Positions 37,639-49,706 are shown, numbered from the whole stretch's first letter. The stretch is 62,130 nt of DNA, filler included, from Globobulimina sp. (GCA_003354225.1; 29 parts of 29 records of this genome joined end to end with filler, not necessarily neighbours in it), one strand, 5' to 3'. Notes: a model not told the origin generated them from the letters alone. Made by a program: numbers and translations.

Positions 37639-37947
37639 CTAAGCTGGCGTTTGAATTTAGCGCGAGTTTCAGACTCTTGATTAGAATGTTCTGTGCAAAA
37701 CTTTTCCCTTAGACGTGTCCATACTGTAACAGACAGACTCTGTTTTACAGCGTTTTACGGCTGGAGTGCAGAGGAAAATGATTTATTTATTTTATTTTTA
37801 ATATTGTAAAAAAGAAATTGATTTTTTAATTTTTTATGTTACTGTTTTATGTGTCTGTTATAGTATGGACACATCTATGGGAAAGGTTTGCATGGACCAT
37901 TCTAATCAGGAGTCTGAAATTTGCACTAAATTCAAACGCTGGCTTAG
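37639..37947. mobile_element. Nested MITE-like element with about 96-bp inverted arms (37639-37735 and 37852-37947)
   Basis: CTAAGCTGGCGTTTGAATTTAG... versus ...CTAAATTCAAACGCTGGCTTAG. Confidence 0.8.
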
Positions 37948-37996
37948 TTGAATAGTAAAAACTTCAGTTAAATGTTCTTTTTTTGTCAAAAAACCG

Positions 37997-38186
37997 CTGT
38001 CCGTTTGAACTTGCAGTCCCTAATGAACCCTGTCTGTCTGAACTTGCAGTCCCTAACGAACCCTGTCCATTTGAACTTGCAATCCCTAATGACCACTGTC
38101 CGTTTGAACTTGCAATCACTAACGAACCCTGTCCATCTTAACTTGCAGTCGCTAGCGAACCCTGTGCATTTGAACTTGCAGCAGTC
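37997..38186 (+). repeat. 33-bp minisatellite, about 5.7 copies
   Basis: Unit approximately CTGTCCRTTTGAACTTGCAGTCCCTAAYGAACC. Confidence 0.92.
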
Positions 38187-38633
38187 CTTCTGATTGGAGA
38201 TGGGGCTGAAAATGAAAGTTTAGTAAAGTATTCCTCTCTGCACAATTATAAAAATTGCATTGTTACTAAGTTTCCACACTAAACTAGTTAACTAAGTTTG
38301 CCTGTCCAATAAATCATACATAGGTACATAGGTACATACATACAGGATGTTTTCCCATTTTATTTAAAAGTTCCTTCAATTTGGAAGAGTAAAAAGTGTC
38401 TAAATTAGGTACATACAACTTCTATAAATAAGTGTATTTAATACATACCTTCATAAAAAATATGCCAAAAATTTCGTATAACAACACAGTTTAGTTGAAG
38501 TTGGTTGATAATTGATAAATATAAGATAAGCAANNNNNNNNNNNNNNNNNNNNNNNNNNNNNNNNNNNNNNNNNNNNTTAATTAATTAANNNNNNNNNNN
38601 NNNNNNNNNNNNNNNNNNNNNNNNNNNNNNNNN

Positions 38634-38724
38634 ACCAACGCGTAAAGACCGTGAACCGAGTTCTAGAGTCCTTTGCCGTTGGTAACGTCACTCATCCATC
38701 TATTGCTGTTACAGTGGTGGCAGC
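38634..38724 (+). mobile_element. 3' end of the 5' LTR (...TGTTACA, 38713) and primer-binding site TGGTGGCAGC (38715-38724)
   Basis: Canonical LTR ...ACA end, 1-nt gap, then a TGG-initiated PBS, directly upstream of a gag-like ORF. Confidence 0.7.
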
Positions 38725-38806
38725 TAACTTGTGTTGTTTTGTGTCAACTACGTGCTTCTTTGATCGAAGTACCTTTTATGAAGACCTACCTACCACGCAA
38801 TTCGAG

Positions 38807-40679
38807 ATGTATGAAACAGATTTAAGTCATTTACTTGACCCTAAAATGTATGAAAACGCGTCAAAATTGCCGAGTAGTTCAGTTTCTGGGGTACCAGAAA
38901 AATCGAAATCGAATTATCAAATTCAAACCGTCGATGGTCATAGAATATCGTTAGAAACATTTCGTACAGTACAGGCGACCGAAAGCTTGCAGTCGACAAG
39001 TAGACAGGATAGATCAGACAATCCTATTCTTGATAATTTCGATATTTTGCAAAATTCGCTTAGCACAACACCAAAAGGAGACGAAATTGCCGAAAATGGC
39101 ACGGTCGGGGGTGAAAAAGAACCCCAAAATTTTATGTACAAAGAACCTAATGATCAGTTGAAAAATGCGCCGACCGAACAGGAGAAACATCCTGAACGAA
39201 AATCGTCATTGACTGGATCGAGTAAACATATCATATCTTCGACTGGAATCGGTTTTGTAGACAATTTTACGGGTGTTGTTTCGAGTTTATTTAACTATTC
39301 AAGTGCTTGGTCGTATAATCAACAAAATCAACTAAATTCGGCCGAACAATCTGTTGCTACAGTAACCGAAGTGGAAGCGCGTAAAGAAAACGATCGTTTA
39401 CGAAAAGAAATCGAGCAGTTAAAATTTATAAATGCGCAAACCCGTATAGAGTCATCGAATGTCGAACAGAATTGCGAGACAGCGTATCAAAATTTATTAG
39501 AATGCACGCATCAGCTCGAAGTCGAAAATGTAGAAGTGAAAAGTAAATTAAAATCAACAGAGAAAGTAGTACAGTCGTTGGTTGAAGATCCGATCATTCA
39601 AGTAATGCAAACTTCTTTTAGAAATCAATCACAATCACAATCAACATCACAAGATCATTTGGACAAGAATATTACTGTGAATAATGCGATTAAAGACACC
39701 AAAGAGCCATCAAGATCATCTAAGGACACTTCACAGATCCAGAAATTACCGGTCATATGTAGTTCAGGTACATTAAAGGGAAATTTACCCCAACCGATAC
39801 AGGTTGAAACAAAAATACCTGGATTAAATAAAAAATTTACAGAAGAACGTAGGACACGGGACAGTAGCCTCCATAGTCAGCCGGTACCTATTATCTTAGG
39901 CCATCATGAACAAGTATTGCCTATATTAGTGACCAAGGCACGTCAGGGACGTGGACTTTCGACCAATGGTCAACCACATACTAGTCAAGATGGTTCCAAG
40001 AAATATTATTATGCAAAAGGGGCACAGGGCGGTTTACAAAATGGTAGTTCGGCTAAAAGTAACCCAAACGATTTTTGCGACCGTTCAAAAAGTCGAATTA
40101 ATGCCAGTGACAATTGGGAAAAACCAAATTCGTCAAATTTTTGCGATCAAGACAGTCAGGCCGACCATACAGAATTTCGAGAAACTGCGCCGCAAAAACA
40201 AACCCAATATTTGAAGGGAACCAAAGCCGATAAAAAAATCGATCGAATGGTTGCTATCGATAAGTCACGTCTACAATTCGATTATCGTGTTGTTCCAATG
40301 TTTGTGGGTTTGCAGGACGAAAATTTCGAGTCTTGGATCGACAAAGCGCGCACTGCATGCAAATTGCAGGGTAACCGTAATTATTTTGAAGAAAATTTAT
40401 TCCATTTTTTGGGGGATGCGCCAAGACAATTATACAAACAAATACAGGAACAAAAAGGGGAAGATTTTCGTCCTAATATGGCCTTACGTGCATTGAAAGA
40501 TTCTTACGGTAGTGCGTCCAATAATCGAAGTGCGTTAGCCGATGCTTACGACAGGCTTCAACAGGGTAATATGATGCTTCCCGAATTTATTAATGTGTTT
40601 CCAATTTATTTTGACAGTGCATATCCAACGGGTGAGTTCGTGTTCAATAGAGACGAACGAATGTGCCGAGAATTTCAAC
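38807..40679 (+). CDS. gag: Ty3/Gypsy-type Gag with long low-complexity N-terminus, 3'-truncated
   Basis: Capsid-like PMFVGLQDENFESWI...FLGDAPRQLY...LKDSYG...LQQGNMMLPEF; intronless. Confidence 0.75.
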
Positions 40680-40849
40680 NNNNNNNNNNNNNNNNNNNNN
40701 NNNNNNNNNNNNNNNNNNNNNNNTTAATTAATTAANNNNNNNNNNNNNNNNNNNNNNNNNNNNNNNNNNNNNNNNNNNNTCTATGAAGGAAGTCAAGAAA
40801 GGGAATATTTGTTTTGAAAGGGGTAAATAAAAATTAATATAATATTAAT

Positions 40850-41968
40850 TCAATCCGTTGAAACTGTAACTGCTGTGAAGTCAGTCACTACACTCATTCT
40901 CATTGAAATATCTGTATTCAGGCTCTCTTCAGGAATCACTGATAACTCCTTAGTCTCCTTTCGGTGGAATTTGATATCCTTCGGGTCATGACCTGTCGGA
41001 CTGGTCGGACTGCTCGGACTGCTCGGACTAATTATCTGCACAGATAAACGTGAGTTATATACATCCAATTTCTTCTCAAAAAATTTCTGTAAACAACCAA
41101 ATACTGCATTATACAGCTTATCGCCAAATGGGAAAAACATAAACACTAAAAATCCGTCCACTGCAGAAAAGATCGGATTAGTGGTGTAATATATATCGTT
41201 TGAAATTGCTGCTTTGAGACAAAAATGTAAGCCCGGTTTTAACAGCAAACTAAACACAAAATAAAAGGTGAGTAATATGGAATAACGAATGATTTTCACA
41301 CCCACGTTTCTGATGCGAATAACAAATGTTTCTGATTCAAAATTGCGCGCAGTGGATTTCAAAAACACTGTGGTTTTATACACGAATGTGATACCAACGT
41401 ATATCGCAGTAAATATTGCGATTACAAGGTTCGGCATTTGTTCCCAAGTGTTGCCTTCCGATGGCATAGGGACGCAAATATGAATTATGAAGCCATCGGA
41501 GGGATTTAAAGATTCAATACGAAATATATCGATAATGCAGGACAGGATAATTCCAAAAATCAGTAACGAACAGGTCCAAATTTCTAAACATTTTATGCTA
41601 TTGGGGTTCACTCCCAACGCATTGCCATAGGTTTTCAAATTTGAAATAAGAAATGTAGCAATCAAAAACCATCTGAGGCAACGAAGGATGTGACTGATTT
41701 TGCCAAACACATCGCACTGTAAACATGATTGACCGTCTGAACATGAATCGGAAAATGGAATGATCAAATCATTGAGAAATAAATCATAGGTCAGTCTGTC
41801 CACAATTTGAGTCATCCAATAACAGACAGCAATTCTTAAACTGCTGTACCACTCTTTTGATTTAACCTTGCTTATTACACTAAATACAATGTAACTGAAA
41901 ACAATAATAAATAGGAATCCCAATGCCATAATAAAAGCAAAATACGCCAATGGAATATTAGCCATCAA
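40850..41968 (-). CDS. 7TM serpentine receptor-like protein
   Basis: About seven hydrophobic segments, Cys before TM3 and in ECL2, Ser/Pro-rich C-terminal tail. Confidence 0.7.
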   Translation of the reverse strand: MMANIPLAYFAFIMALGFLFIIVFSYIVFSVISKVKSKEWYSSLRIAVCYWMTQIVDRLTYDLFLNDLIIPFSDSCSDGQSCLQCDVFGKISHILRCLRWFLIATFLISNLKTYGNALGVNPNSIKCLEIWTCSLLIFGIILSCIIDIFRIESLNPSDGFIIHICVPMPSEGNTWEQMPNLVIAIFTAIYVGITFVYKTTVFLKSTARNFESETFVIRIRNVGVKIIRYSILLTFYFVFSLLLKPGLHFCLKAAISNDIYYTTNPIFSAVDGFLVFMFFPFGDKLYNAVFGCLQKFFEKKLDVYNSRLSVQIISPSSPSSPTSPTGHDPKDIKFHRKETKELSVIPEESLNTDISMRMSVVTDFTAVTVSTD

Positions 41969-43370
41969 TACTTGCCAACTTTTTGATAAGATTATCTAAT
42001 TTTAGAATTATGAAATATAATTATGAAGACTGATGTAGCTGTGCATGTTGTTCACCGCTCTTGCAAGTTGTGGCAACACCCTTTTACGAGTGAGAAGTTA
42101 GTAAAAAACTGTAATTTAATTGTCAAACACTGCTCCACAATCCTCTTATAATCCCCACAGTTTTCGTAATTGTTGTTCGCTCGGCTTGGTTGTCATTGTG
42201 GGTATTATTTGAGAAAAATTCCTCCAATTTTGCATGTATTTATTTTCTCGTATTGGACTTTTTGAAATAAAAAAAAATTGACTGTGATGATAATCGTTGT
42301 TAATATTGGTTATCTCAAGTGATTTACAAATTTTTTTTATCAAAATATTAAATTATATAGAATTTATTCAATGCGTTTTTTTTGTAAATTATAATTTTAA
42401 TTACATAACTTTTCATTCATTCATTCATTCAATAATGTTGTCTTTTAATTGTTGAGATATCATTTCAATAAGGCCGAGATTTCTATTTTTTGTTGAGATA
42501 AGCTATGCCGTTTTTCATTTGTTGCGAAGTATACAATAACAAATCAGGATTGGCGCAGTGTTTTCGCTAAAATCCAGTACACAAACAAGTGTCACACAAT
42601 CATACGGTATTTTAATTTCATACCCAATCAAATGATTTTAATTTCATTGCAGATTATTTTCCATTACAAAATTAATATTACAAAACTAGCAAAAGAAGCA
42701 TGCGCACAGAAAAGATATGTACAGTCTGGTTAGTTGATTCGAATCCTAGGTCAACTTCGAATACTAGGTTGAAAACCACTCTAGCTAACCCAAAAACCTT
42801 GCCAATCACAAAAGAAGTGTTTAGANNNNNNNNNNNNNNNNNNNNNNNNNNNNNNNNNNNNNNNNNNNNTTAATTAATTAANNNNNNNNNNNNNNNNNNN
42901 NNNNNNNNNNNNNNNNNNNNNNNNNTGTCATATGAATATTCATCATATCCATCATAATCCTCATGTTTTTCTCATCTATTCGATAGTATGATGATGTATG
43001 GTGCACTTAATGATATTTTTCATCATTTATTCCAATGACAAAAAAACCAACAAAAAAATTGAAATCTTAATTTTTTTTTTGACAAGTATTTACAACACCG
43101 TAAAATGCAAGTCTTTGGTTTTAAAATACAAGTATTTAAGGTTTGGTTTTAAAATGCAAGTCTTCATTTAGAATGTAGATGGACAATACATAGCAGCTGC
43201 AGATGAACCATTGGATTCTGCGAATGCAACATCTGAATTGCAAATGAACCACTGTATTCAAAAAATAAACTCTAAATTTTAAAATTATTAATAATTATAA
43301 AAAGTATAACTAGAACAAACATATAAAAAAAGAAAAGAAAAGAAAAGAAAGTCAAACTTGATAATTATAA

Positions 43371-44303
43371 TTAACACTGCGTCAAAATAGTTTGAGTTGC
43401 ATAGTATTCTAAATCTTCAGTAGGTGTCGAATTCTCTGCATTCATAAGATAATAAAAATAATATGCAATTATCTCTGCTTGTTGTTCAATATTAAAATCA
43501 ATGAATTGTTTTCCATTTAATCTGTGTTGAGCTAAATCGCCATAATCATAATAAGAATCTGGTGGTGGGAACCAATCAATTATTGTATTAAGGCCGTCAA
43601 TGCCATCGAAATATCCATTTCTAAATTGCCAAATATGTGTACTTTCATGAACAAATAAATAAGGCGAATATGTTGGCCATGCATAATGTATTGTATCACC
43701 AATAACATATGCTGCAGCTGAATGTCCGGTTAATGGCGATTGTGATATATCCCTTAAATAAACAGTATCAAAATTTACATGACAATCAAAGAATGATTTT
43801 GCAACATTCATTGTTTCATTATATCCTGGACTTGATTGGGATATTTCTGTTGAATATAGATTTGGGAAAATGGTGGAATTTGGCATCAACATAGATGCTG
43901 TTATTTGATATACAAAAAAAATTAATAAAAATTCAATTCCAAATAAGCCACATCGAATCTTTGTGAATTGTTTGAAGTTATTTGATGATCGGTGTCTTTT
44001 ACAAATAAGTAACGATAAATATATTAGCAAGGAGACGATGCTAAATGTGAATATAAACCAAGCAATGAATGATGCTGTTGAATAATCTCCAGATAATATG
44101 GCAAAAATAATTGACACTACAACTGATAAACAGAGAATTGTGAGGATTAGTAGTTCCGCAACGAAATAAATACATCCAGCAAATACTTTATATTTTATTG
44201 ACCTAGTTTGGTGCTGGTAATTTTCCACCACATTACCCTCGTCAATCTCAAACGCCTCACCTGTTGTATCCAAATTATCGCCGAGCATGCGCAGTTCTTC
44301 CAT
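43371..44303 (-). CDS. Membrane protein with C-terminal HEXXH zinc-peptidase-like domain
   Basis: Three TM helices; AYVIGDTIH, LFVHESTHIWQ and FNIEQQAEII motifs. Confidence 0.75.
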   Translation of the reverse strand: MEELRMLGDNLDTTGEAFEIDEGNVVENYQHQTRSIKYKVFAGCIYFVAELLILTILCLSVVVSIIFAILSGDYSTASFIAWFIFTFSIVSLLIYLSLLICKRHRSSNNFKQFTKIRCGLFGIEFLLIFFVYQITASMLMPNSTIFPNLYSTEISQSSPGYNETMNVAKSFFDCHVNFDTVYLRDISQSPLTGHSAAAYVIGDTIHYAWPTYSPYLFVHESTHIWQFRNGYFDGIDGLNTIIDWFPPPDSYYDYGDLAQHRLNGKQFIDFNIEQQAEIIAYYFYYLMNAENSTPTEDLEYYATQTILTQC

Positions 44304-44343
44304 TCTTTCAACTGAAAAAAGATTTTACTAAATAATTATTATA

Positions 44344-44971
44344 ATGGAAACTGTCGCTGCAACTCAAGATTTGACATTTACAGAGGATTTATTGGATGTA
44401 GAATTATATTTAGATGATGATGTATATAATTTTTATTTGTTATATAGAGAAACAGCAGAATATAAAAAGTTAAACTTGAGCAAAATAATCAAAATAAAAT
44501 TTATTGTTTCATTATGTTTCTTTATTCAATTGGGATTGGTACTATTATTACAGTTTATGCCGCAATCCAATTATGATTCAGCTACCATGGATGCATCAGT
44601 AAATTGTAATACATTTGATGCAAAATGCACCATCACAGAAAATAAATATGCGATGCTTTATAATAAACAGATTACGTTTACTGATGCATGTGCGAGGGTA
44701 TTATCATCAGCCTTAATAATGGGTTATATATATCCCAATATAGTGTCTGTTCCTGTATATGCTGTAAAATATTTACACACCAGACATATTTCATGGGTAT
44801 TAATTGGAATATTTCAAATATTTACATTATGTCTTGTAGCTTTTAGAGTCACTGAAGTTGTATATAAATCAACATCAGTTTTTGAAGCATTAAGCAGTGG
44901 CATTGGTTTTATCATTGTCATTGAAGTCGACAACATATTATTTAACACTGCATTCAACAACCGAAGACTTA
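44344..44971 (+). CDS. Multi-pass membrane protein, 3'-truncated
   Basis: Four hydrophobic segments; IVIEVDN. Confidence 0.65.
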
Positions 44972-45071
44972 NNNNNNNNNNNNNNNNNNNNNNNNNNNNN
45001 NNNNNNNNNNNNNNNTTAATTAATTAANNNNNNNNNNNNNNNNNNNNNNNNNNNNNNNNNNNNNNNNNNNN

Positions 45072-45541
45072 TTATTTTCATTTTATACAATGGATTTTCC
45101 ATCGAATCGCATATAGTTGGAACGCTATATTATACTGAGGCCTATGATTACTTATTAGCTGCATATTTTGCACTCAATGTACTTGTAAATATTATTTGTT
45201 TTGTTGGTATGTTGCAATGCAAATCGGCATGGATACGGCCGCAAGCTTGGATGTGTTCGTCCTATATTATAATTGCCATCGTAAATGAAATTGTAGCATC
45301 AGTTATTGCTGCAGACACGCAAATAATTTCATTGTTTGATCTGATTCTAACCATTTGTTTCTGTATATGGGTGACATGGGTGTTTCATAGAGTGTATCGA
45401 TGGGCATATTATTTTGAACATGGTGGTCCTTATGTGGATAATATATATAAACCACCGCTCAAAAATCAAATGGTTCCACAAATTCAAGCTGCAGAAGCCG
45501 TGCAAATGCAACCAATACCGCAAGATGGTGATTTATTATAA
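45072..45541 (+). CDS. Membrane protein C-terminus, 5'-truncated
   Basis: Hydrophobic helices followed by a short polar tail. Confidence 0.5.
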
Positions 45542-45601
45542 TACAACTTATCCGATCCTTGCACTCAATTAGTGTTTTTTTGTGTTAGTTTTTTTAGTGT
45601 C

Positions 45602-46909
45602 TTAAAATTTAGGAACTTGAACAGACCATTCATGTGGTTTAGCGCCATATTGATAATCCAACATATTTGAATACAATCGCTGTGCGATTGATTGTGAATT
45701 AGTATCGCTTTTGATAATATAATCCCTGTCTTTGTATCCAATCCGGTCGATAGGAGTTACAACATTTGCTGTACCACAACCAAATGCTTCAGTTATTTGA
45801 TTATCTGTAATCATACATACTATCTCGTTCATTGTTATATCCTTTTCTACGACTTCCAATTCATTCCATTCCTTCGCTATCTTTATTATGCAGTCTCTGG
45901 TGATACCATCAAACACCAAATCATTAGTTAATGACGGTGTTATTAACTGTTTCTGGTTTCCGTCCACTACAAAAAATATATTCATAGCCGATAATCCGCA
46001 AATATAATCCGCATTATCCATACTGTTTGGATACAACCATAAAGCCGTAGAATATCCTCTTACCACTGCTTCCATATCAGATCTGATCACATGAGAATAA
46101 TTACAGCCAGTTTTTGCATGTATACCAATATAACCAGACCATGATCGGACATATTTTGTATCTGCAAACACGGAGATTGCTGTTCCAACATCAACTCCTT
46201 TGCTTCCATATTCATTTAATATGACAAATAATTTACTTTCTGTACATTCTACAATGTCAATAGTCGGAGTTGTGTCCATTAAAACAGGTCGCATATATAA
46301 AGAACCATAAATATCCGTAGGTATCCACTGTTTGTCAATAGTCAACAATTCATATAAACAATGCAACAGTTCCTGGGCATCAAAGCTTGGCAGACCTAAT
46401 ATTTTTGCTGTTTTTTGTAATCTATGCAAGTGGTCGTTTGGTCTGAATATACGTATTTTATCTTTGTTATTTAGGTCAATGCATGCTTTCAGGCCTTCAA
46501 ATGCTTGGTTTGCATGCTGTAATGCACTCGTTGCTGGATCCAAAGACAAAAACGAATAAGGTCGAATATGCGGAGTTGACCATCCATTTAATTTTGTGTG
46601 ATTGATCTCCAACATATGATCTGTTGTACTGCCATATGAAGTGTTATAAATATTGTTTGCTTTGTTTTGCGGGTTTGGATGTTCTGTGATTGATAACAAA
46701 TTATAGTTCAGTGGTTGTTGTTTATTATGTGTAGAATTGAAATATCTTAAAGCAGTATATTGGTTATGAATAATTCGTTTTGTATAATATCCTTTGTACA
46801 ATTTGTCAGGGAGTACATGTTTGTGTTTCTTGGAGAGAAACAATATTCCTGTTCGCCTCACAATAATTGCTTTATTCAGCGATTTGCATAAATGAAGACT
46901 CCTGGACAT
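45602..46909 (-). CDS. Branched-chain aminotransferase-like protein (fold IV PLP), probable mitochondrial presequence
   Basis: TDHML, FEGLKA, IFRP, SLYMRP, KTGCNY (PLP Lys), GITRDCI and EAFGCGTA motifs. Confidence 0.9.
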   Translation of the reverse strand: MSRSLHLCKSLNKAIIVRRTGILFLSKKHKHVLPDKLYKGYYTKRIIHNQYTALRYFNSTHNKQQPLNYNLLSITEHPNPQNKANNIYNTSYGSTTDHMLEINHTKLNGWSTPHIRPYSFLSLDPATSALQHANQAFEGLKACIDLNNKDKIRIFRPNDHLHRLQKTAKILGLPSFDAQELLHCLYELLTIDKQWIPTDIYGSLYMRPVLMDTTPTIDIVECTESKLFVILNEYGSKGVDVGTAISVFADTKYVRSWSGYIGIHAKTGCNYSHVIRSDMEAVVRGYSTALWLYPNSMDNADYICGLSAMNIFFVVDGNQKQLITPSLTNDLVFDGITRDCIIKIAKEWNELEVVEKDITMNEIVCMITDNQITEAFGCGTANVVTPIDRIGYKDRDYIIKSDTNSQSIAQRLYSNMLDYQYGAKPHEWSVQVPKF

Positions 46910-47312
46910 TATTTGTTGAATTTTCAGTGAGCTTTGAAGAATTTGAATCATGCCAACAAGTTTGCGGATTTTTGTGGAGTTTGCAGGGCATTTTTTACCA
47001 ATATTGGGAGATTCTGGCGTTTATCATGTATTTCCGATTCCTGCTAATTGTTCCACAGTAAAGTATGTTTATCATTAAAATTGTGCTACAGATCAATGAT
47101 AATTATTTGTGTATTTNNNNNNNNNNNNNNNNNNNNNNNNNNNNNNNNNNNNNNNNNNNNTTAATTAATTAANNNNNNNNNNNNNNNNNNNNNNNNNNNN
47201 NNNNNNNNNNNNNNNNTCAGGATTCCCACATTGGGTTTATGGACTATTAAATATTTATAATCAGTTGGTATAAATTTTGTAAAGCACACAAAAAATACCA
47301 TTGATGACTCAA

Positions 47313-48068
47313 TCAACTCTCGTTTGTGCATTTTGCTTGTGTATCAGTAAAAGCAGACGGTATAAAATTTGGGCACCCTTGAAACGCATATTCTGATATA
47401 CTGTTTCTGCAAAATGAACTCCGAAACCATAATACTAAATTAATCCGTTGTCCTTTTTGTATGTCCTCTGTACTGTGCCAATGTTGTCCAACGGTAATAA
47501 TTGCTTCGTTTGATGATAATGAAATGGATATATTTTCATTCATAGTCTGCATATTATCTCTTATTCCGTTGAACCATACTTTGCTGCCAATTGAATCCTC
47601 ATTTTGTAAACAAAGATTGAATGTGATTTGTGATTGATCCATATGGCGATTTAAATTTAGATCTGATTCCTTTGCATAACGAATGGTGAAACCATGAATA
47701 TAATTTAAACGTTCTCCACACCATAAATAAAATGGATACATTGCAGATGTAATTCTTGACATCCATTTTATCATAAACTCGTCAAAAAATGCTCCATATC
47801 CTAACTCTTTCAATACAAATCCATCATTATTCATTGAATTTGGTCCAAATAATTCAATCTCGCCTTTTTGCCTTAATATCTTTGCTGTTTTTATTTCATT
47901 TATCATTCCGCTCAAAAATTCATCTGTAAATATATTATTTATTTTGAAAACATAATCGAATTTTGTCGGAGTTAATATTTGAAATATCTCATTGTTAATT
48001 ACTGCGTTTTTGAATGAATCTGCTAAATATTTGTCATTCCATACTTTTGGTAATGATGATATATCCAT
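47313..48068 (-). CDS. 2OG-Fe(II) oxygenase (OGFOD2/PLOD C-domain-like)
   Basis: PNSMNNDG, FTIRY, HMD, distal His in HWH, RINLVLW. Confidence 0.85.
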   Translation of the reverse strand: MDISSLPKVWNDKYLADSFKNAVINNEIFQILTPTKFDYVFKINNIFTDEFLSGMINEIKTAKILRQKGEIELFGPNSMNNDGFVLKELGYGAFFDEFMIKWMSRITSAMYPFYLWCGERLNYIHGFTIRYAKESDLNLNRHMDQSQITFNLCLQNEDSIGSKVWFNGIRDNMQTMNENISISLSSNEAIITVGQHWHSTEDIQKGQRINLVLWFRSSFCRNSISEYAFQGCPNFIPSAFTDTQAKCTNES

Positions 48069-48857
48069 TGTTAATGACTTATATTGTTTGGAAATATTGT
48101 TTTTGGTTTTAATTGTTTTATTGTTGTATAAGGGACACCCATGTAACATTTAACATCGCGTACATAATCTAATACTAATAATAATATATCCAAGTCTGTG
48201 GGCGGTTGGCAGAATTTAGAGGTGAAACGTATCCATGGTGGGAGTTGTGGGTAAGAAAAGTTAAGAAGTTTTTCAACCAAAGATAAAGATTAACTAAAAA
48301 AAACATCTTCTCCATTCTTTAATCCTTTCTAAATTTCTCCACACCTTATCATCTATTCAAAACTTGTACGTAATCGATATGACTACATATGCATGGCAAT
48401 GTGGGCAATGGTACGAATCCATCGTAATACATGTAAATTCCGTTGAAAATAAGAAGGTTCGGGTTTGCTTTGGCTTTGTTTGCAGTGTTTCTTACACCAA
48501 ATAAAGGAGTACTAAGATAAATACGAATGGTATTTATGGCAAACCCAGTTGGTTTGGTTTGTCATGTGATAAAATGGAACACTTTTTATTTTCACATAAA
48601 TACAGTATATATTTAATATTAACACCACACCACACAACCACATAAATAAAATAAAACAAACATAGCGCGTTCGTGAATCCTGCCTCCGACAACCAATGGT
48701 AGGTATTTACAGTGTTTAACAATATATTCAAAAATTAAATAATACCTTAAGCGGTGTATGTACAACACCACGTCAGCAAATTTCAAACAATAACCACAAT
48801 AACCACAATAACTACAATCATAACAACCACAACCACCAAAACCAGAGAGTTCAACCA

Positions 48858-49261
48858 TTGATCCCAATCACCAATCATTTTATTAACAATTTATTCACCC
48901 AATTACAACAAACACACAATGCTAACCCAGATACGATTGTAACAGGTTCATATGCTTGGTATTCCGTTGATAATTATGGCCGTTTACATGCCTTTCCATA
49001 TAATTTCAATAGCAAATTAGCGACACTTGATATTGGAGTAATAACCAAATTTAACTGCAACAACAACCAATATAAATTCGAGAAAAGTTCAACAACCACA
49101 GCGACACAAACCAATCAAGAAACAGGCATTCAACGTAAAGTCAGGTATTTATTCCGAGAGAATAGGAGTAATATGATTGATATTGTAATCAATGACAATG
49201 TGGCACCATTTATTTGTAATATGAGTGATGTTGAGATTGCAGGATGGTGTGTTGGTGATCA
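48858..49261 (+). CDS. WWE-domain-containing protein fragment
   Basis: YAWYSVDNYGRLHAFP...TQTNQETGIQRKVR. Confidence 0.5.
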
Positions 49262-49600
49262 NNNNNNNNNNNNNNNNNNNNNNNNNNNNNNNNNNNNNNN
49301 NNNNNTTAATTAATTAANNNNNNNNNNNNNNNNNNNNNNNNNNNNNNNNNNNNNNNNNNNNTGATAAATGGAACGATGATAGGATTAGTTATTGACCCAA
49401 GGATGTTTGAAAATGATGGTTTTAGCATTATGCTGTATGTTCCTTGTAACTATGATGTGAAAGTATTAGTTTCGTCTGCAATTTAAATGGTATGCAAATT
49501 GCATGTTAAGTAACGGTATAAATTCAACATTACTCCAGCAACCGACAACAAACCCTATTTCTTCCATTTTCTAAAGCCAGCAACCATTTTCGAAATTTTT

Positions 49601-49632
49601 GGCCTGCGCGGCCAAGGCGGCCTTCCCCTAGT
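49601..49632 (+). other. GC-rich imperfect hairpin followed by CTAG-T (candidate Helitron 3' end)
   Basis: GGCC(T)GC...GCGGCC, 5-nt spacer TTCCC, CTAG at 49628-31, then T. Confidence 0.35.
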
Positions 49633-49706
49633 GGAACAGAGTTATGTTATTATTTGTATGCTATAAATATAATTATTATTTTTGTATTACTAAAGAACGG
49701 AATGAT

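Larger units (their letters stand above)
37010..38506. mobile_element. Foldback/MITE-like element with about 320-bp inverted arms (37010-37330 and 38187-38506)
   Basis: The arms are reverse complements over their length, e.g. AACCAACTTCAAC / GTTGAAGTTGGTT and CAGCCCCATCTCCAATCAGAAG / CTTCTGATTGGAGATGGGGCTG. Confidence 0.85.

Noticed and set aside
37972-38193. 73-aa repeat ORF, or a CRISPR array
   Set aside because: It is the translation of a 33-bp tandem repeat; there are no unique spacers and no cas genes
38651-38806. GTG-started N-terminal extension of gag
   Set aside because: Overlaps the LTR end and PBS; ATG 38807 is the more plausible start
42725-42775. tRNA-like TTCGAATCC motif
   Set aside because: No cloverleaf can be built; it is a short local duplication (TTCGAATCCTAGGT / TTCGAATACTAGGT)
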